DNA of 64,000 nucleotides from Pseudovirgaria hyperparasitica (Eukaryota): NCBI GenBank assembly GCA_010093815.1, contig ML996565.1; one strand, 5' to 3'. Shown piece by piece: positions 61,405 to 64,000 of this stretch (position 1 is its first letter; each line of letters starts with the position of its first letter). The notes under the pieces were generated by a model. It saw only the letters and a program-made list of their open reading frames with translations, ran no database searches and was not told where the DNA came from. The position numbers and the translations under genes were made by a program.

Positions 61405-63183
61405 ATGCCGCGACCGAAACGAACCAAAGTTGCGTCGAATACCGCGGTAACACGCGTCGCGCAAAATCCACTTGCACGGGTCGCATCTGATGCGGGGACG
61501 GAGGTTAGCGATGACTCCCAAGGATTCGTCACCACCAAGAAAACGCGTCTTCCGCGTGGAAAGCATCAATCGGATGATGTTGATCTCACAATGAGTGGCG
61601 CTGGACCCATACTGCTTGACGAGGCTGCAACATTGGTTAGGACTAAGAGACCGCGCAAGACTATCAAAAAGAGAGAACTCGGATCTGCGCAGAACGAAAC
61701 ACTTGAAGCCCTGAAGAAGAGGAGGGACGAGGCAAAGGCCGCTCAAGTCGCTCAAGCCAGTGAGAAAATTGCTTCGGTGCCTACCACCAGCACACCAGCA
61801 AAATCCAGTCGATCAGCGCAAGCCATCTCAGTCCAAAGGTCTCGAGGGTCTACAACGCGTCAGACGCCAAAGCCCACATCTACAAAGACGTCCGTGACGC
61901 AAGGGATCGTTGCCCTGGAAGAATCTGAACTATCGCTTCCTTCACCAAGCTTAGGCGAAAACTCATTCGATACCGAATCTCCACAATCTATCCGCAGACC
62001 ACAATCAGCGCTCAAGATGCGAGGTACGCCGGGCGTTGAGGCCTCGAGTCTTGCTTTGGGCAACTTCAAACGCAGAGCGCGGCAGCCCAGTATACTGCGC
62101 ATGGTACAACAACCGAGTGATATCGACACGATTGATTTCGATCTTGATGACTTCAACCCGGACGATGAATCAACACCCATCAATGTTAGGACGGTGTCTA
62201 CGCAGGAAATGCAGTCCGGGAATGATTCAGATATACCGCAGACATCGAGTTCACGGAAACGAAAGCGCTCTTCGCCAGAAGTTCGCGTCAGTCCTCGAAA
62301 GCCAACCTCTACTCCGCAGCCACAGGACCAGGAGATATCTGAGATTCAAGTAGTATGCTCTTCACCACCTGCCATATCATCGCCGACCCGCCCTCGCGAA
62401 GCCTCCCATCCTCCTTCCGATCCACCATCCAGCCTTCCCTCTATCATCGAACAGACTCAACCAGATGAGCCTCCAAGTAACATAGACCACGATATTTTCA
62501 GCGAGACTCTGGCAGATCCAATGTCGAGTAGCCCACCACCTTCATCTGCTCCGTCTGCTCCATCCGTGCATCCGTCTCCTCCAAAGACCAAGCGTGGCCT
62601 GCGGAAACCCACCTCAGACACCGCATGTACTGCACGCCTCCAGACGCTCTTACCGCGTCGACGCCACCACAACGATTTTGATATCGCAAACTCTGATACG
62701 GAAGAGGCGCCACTCGGACCCGACGGGGATGAGCTGTCGCGTCCGAACCACCGCAGGGTCGCAGCTTTATCAACTAAGACACCTACACGTGCCAATGCTT
62801 CTAGCGGCAAGAAACGCGGTCGACCACCAGGTACGACGGCAAAAAGACCGACCAAGGGAAAGTCTGCTCTTACGGAGACTACTACGACTTTGCCACTTAA
62901 GACCACGAAGCGGGGTACGAGGGTGTCAAAGACCTACAGTCGCCGCCTCTCCTCGGACAAGGAGAACGAGGAGGGAAGCTCGTTTGCGCTTGTCGCTGAC
63001 GATGACGACGGAGAAGATGACAGTGCGGAGGCAATGCCTCATGAAGGCAATACCAGCATAATCAGCGATGAAGGCAGCAAGCGACTTGAAGCAATGCGGA
63101 AGAAATTCGAGGAGGTGGATGAGTGGGAGATGGACTTTGAGAGCGTGGACATGGGTGGGCAGAGCTCGAGTCCGTGGCGGTGA
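61405..63183 (+). CDS. Disordered basic nuclear protein with AT-hook-like motif
   Basis: MPRPKRTK N-terminus, FKRRARQPSIL, SRKRKRS NLS-like segment, KKRGRPP, C-terminal KKFEEVDEWEMDFESV. Confidence 0.75.
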   Translation: MPRPKRTKVASNTAVTRVAQNPLARVASDAGTEVSDDSQGFVTTKKTRLPRGKHQSDDVDLTMSGAGPILLDEAATLVRTKRPRKTIKKRELGSAQNETLEALKKRRDEAKAAQVAQASEKIASVPTTSTPAKSSRSAQAISVQRSRGSTTRQTPKPTSTKTSVTQGIVALEESELSLPSPSLGENSFDTESPQSIRRPQSALKMRGTPGVEASSLALGNFKRRARQPSILRMVQQPSDIDTIDFDLDDFNPDDESTPINVRTVSTQEMQSGNDSDIPQTSSSRKRKRSSPEVRVSPRKPTSTPQPQDQEISEIQVVCSSPPAISSPTRPREASHPPSDPPSSLPSIIEQTQPDEPPSNIDHDIFSETLADPMSSSPPPSSAPSAPSVHPSPPKTKRGLRKPTSDTACTARLQTLLPRRRHHNDFDIANSDTEEAPLGPDGDELSRPNHRRVAALSTKTPTRANASSGKKRGRPPGTTAKRPTKGKSALTETTTTLPLKTTKRGTRVSKTYSRRLSSDKENEEGSSFALVADDDDGEDDSAEAMPHEGNTSIISDEGSKRLEAMRKKFEEVDEWEMDFESVDMGGQSSSPWR

Positions 63184-64000
63184 CCAAAGTGGTGGGAGAG
63201 TGGATATATGTACAGATTGTCATGTACATGATTGACAGTGGATTGGGGTCTTATGTGGCGGGTTGTGCCTGAAATGTACGGGTTCTTGTGTTTTTAGGGC
63301 ATGTGGGCATAGCGCTGAAAGGGCATACGATGAACGGGCATATGATCAGCGGGCATTCGTATGATGAGCGCTCAGTATGAAGAGTAGCGTGGGCGTTTTA
63401 TCCAATTATGTAAAGCGAGTTCAAGCGCGCTGGCGGCACAATGCGTTTGTATTATGAGCAAGAGTGCACGCACCGACTTTTTCTAAAATCATCTTATTGA
63501 GCTACGTCTAGATCTAACATGGCCGTATTCTCAGACCAGGTCTCCCATAACTCTATGTCTAGCTCAGACCAAGCTCCTTGTAGAACGCTTCAGTGCTCGG
63601 CTTGCGACCCAAGAAGTCCTCCAGCGTCTGCATCTCCTCCTGGCTCCCTCCGCGCTCCAGCACAGTGTGTCTGTACCGTCTGCCCTCCTTGCCGTTCATC
63701 GGGTCCGCTTTGAAGACAGTGTAGAACATGTCTGCAGAGTAAACTTGGGAGCTATGAGTTTGTCAGCACAATTCTCGGCTACAAGGGTAAATCGTCGTCT
63801 TCCAACCAGGAGAATCATGGCTCACTGATAGGTGTCTACGGAGAAACATCCTTGTGGGAGGGAATTTTGAAGACAAATCTTTACACATGAAAACTCACCT
63901 CAGGTATCCGTAGTACCCAGCATCATACCCGCCAATCAAGTGCCCAAATGTGGCCTGTCCGTTGCCCCAGTCCCAGCTCTCGCCAAACGCCTCTGGTCCC

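Noticed and set aside
63519..63713. 64-aa ORF near the right edge
   Set aside because: No supporting motif; may be antisense to, or part of, a gene outside the window

Overview
Eukaryotic, intron-containing DNA from a filamentous ascomycete (Pezizomycotina; GT-AG introns mostly 49-72 nt with CTRAC/CTAAT branch sites). About 24 protein-coding loci can be reconstructed by hand. Housekeeping genes: BBC1/MTI1-like SH3 protein, RTR1, MRP51, RPS17, a GAP1-type amino-acid permease, AAT2, an F-box protein, a DHA1-type MFS transporter, UFE1, a bestrophin/UPF0187 protein, NOG1, URA5, TIM23, PNS1 and mannitol-1-phosphate dehydrogenase. These are interspersed with secreted and cell-surface genes, including an AA14 LPMO, a PTH11-like receptor and several small secreted proteins. 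There are also AT/TpA-rich islands (possibly RIP-affected) and several tandem repeats. I recognised no tRNA, rRNA, CRISPR array or intact transposon. Most notable: (1) a secreted, probably GPI-anchored protein that aligns by eye to a group I truncated (2/2) haemoglobin fold with His at E10 and F8; (2) hidden peroxisomal signals on two redox-linked enzymes, a PTS2 on an upstream-ATG AAT2 isoform and an in-frame SRL just after the mannitol-1-P dehydrogenase stop; (3) a signal-peptide/TM gene broken only by one in-frame TAG; (4) an effector-like gene directly behind a 16-17 bp minisatellite. All family assignments are from motif recognition, with no database searches run. Exon boundaries are manual.
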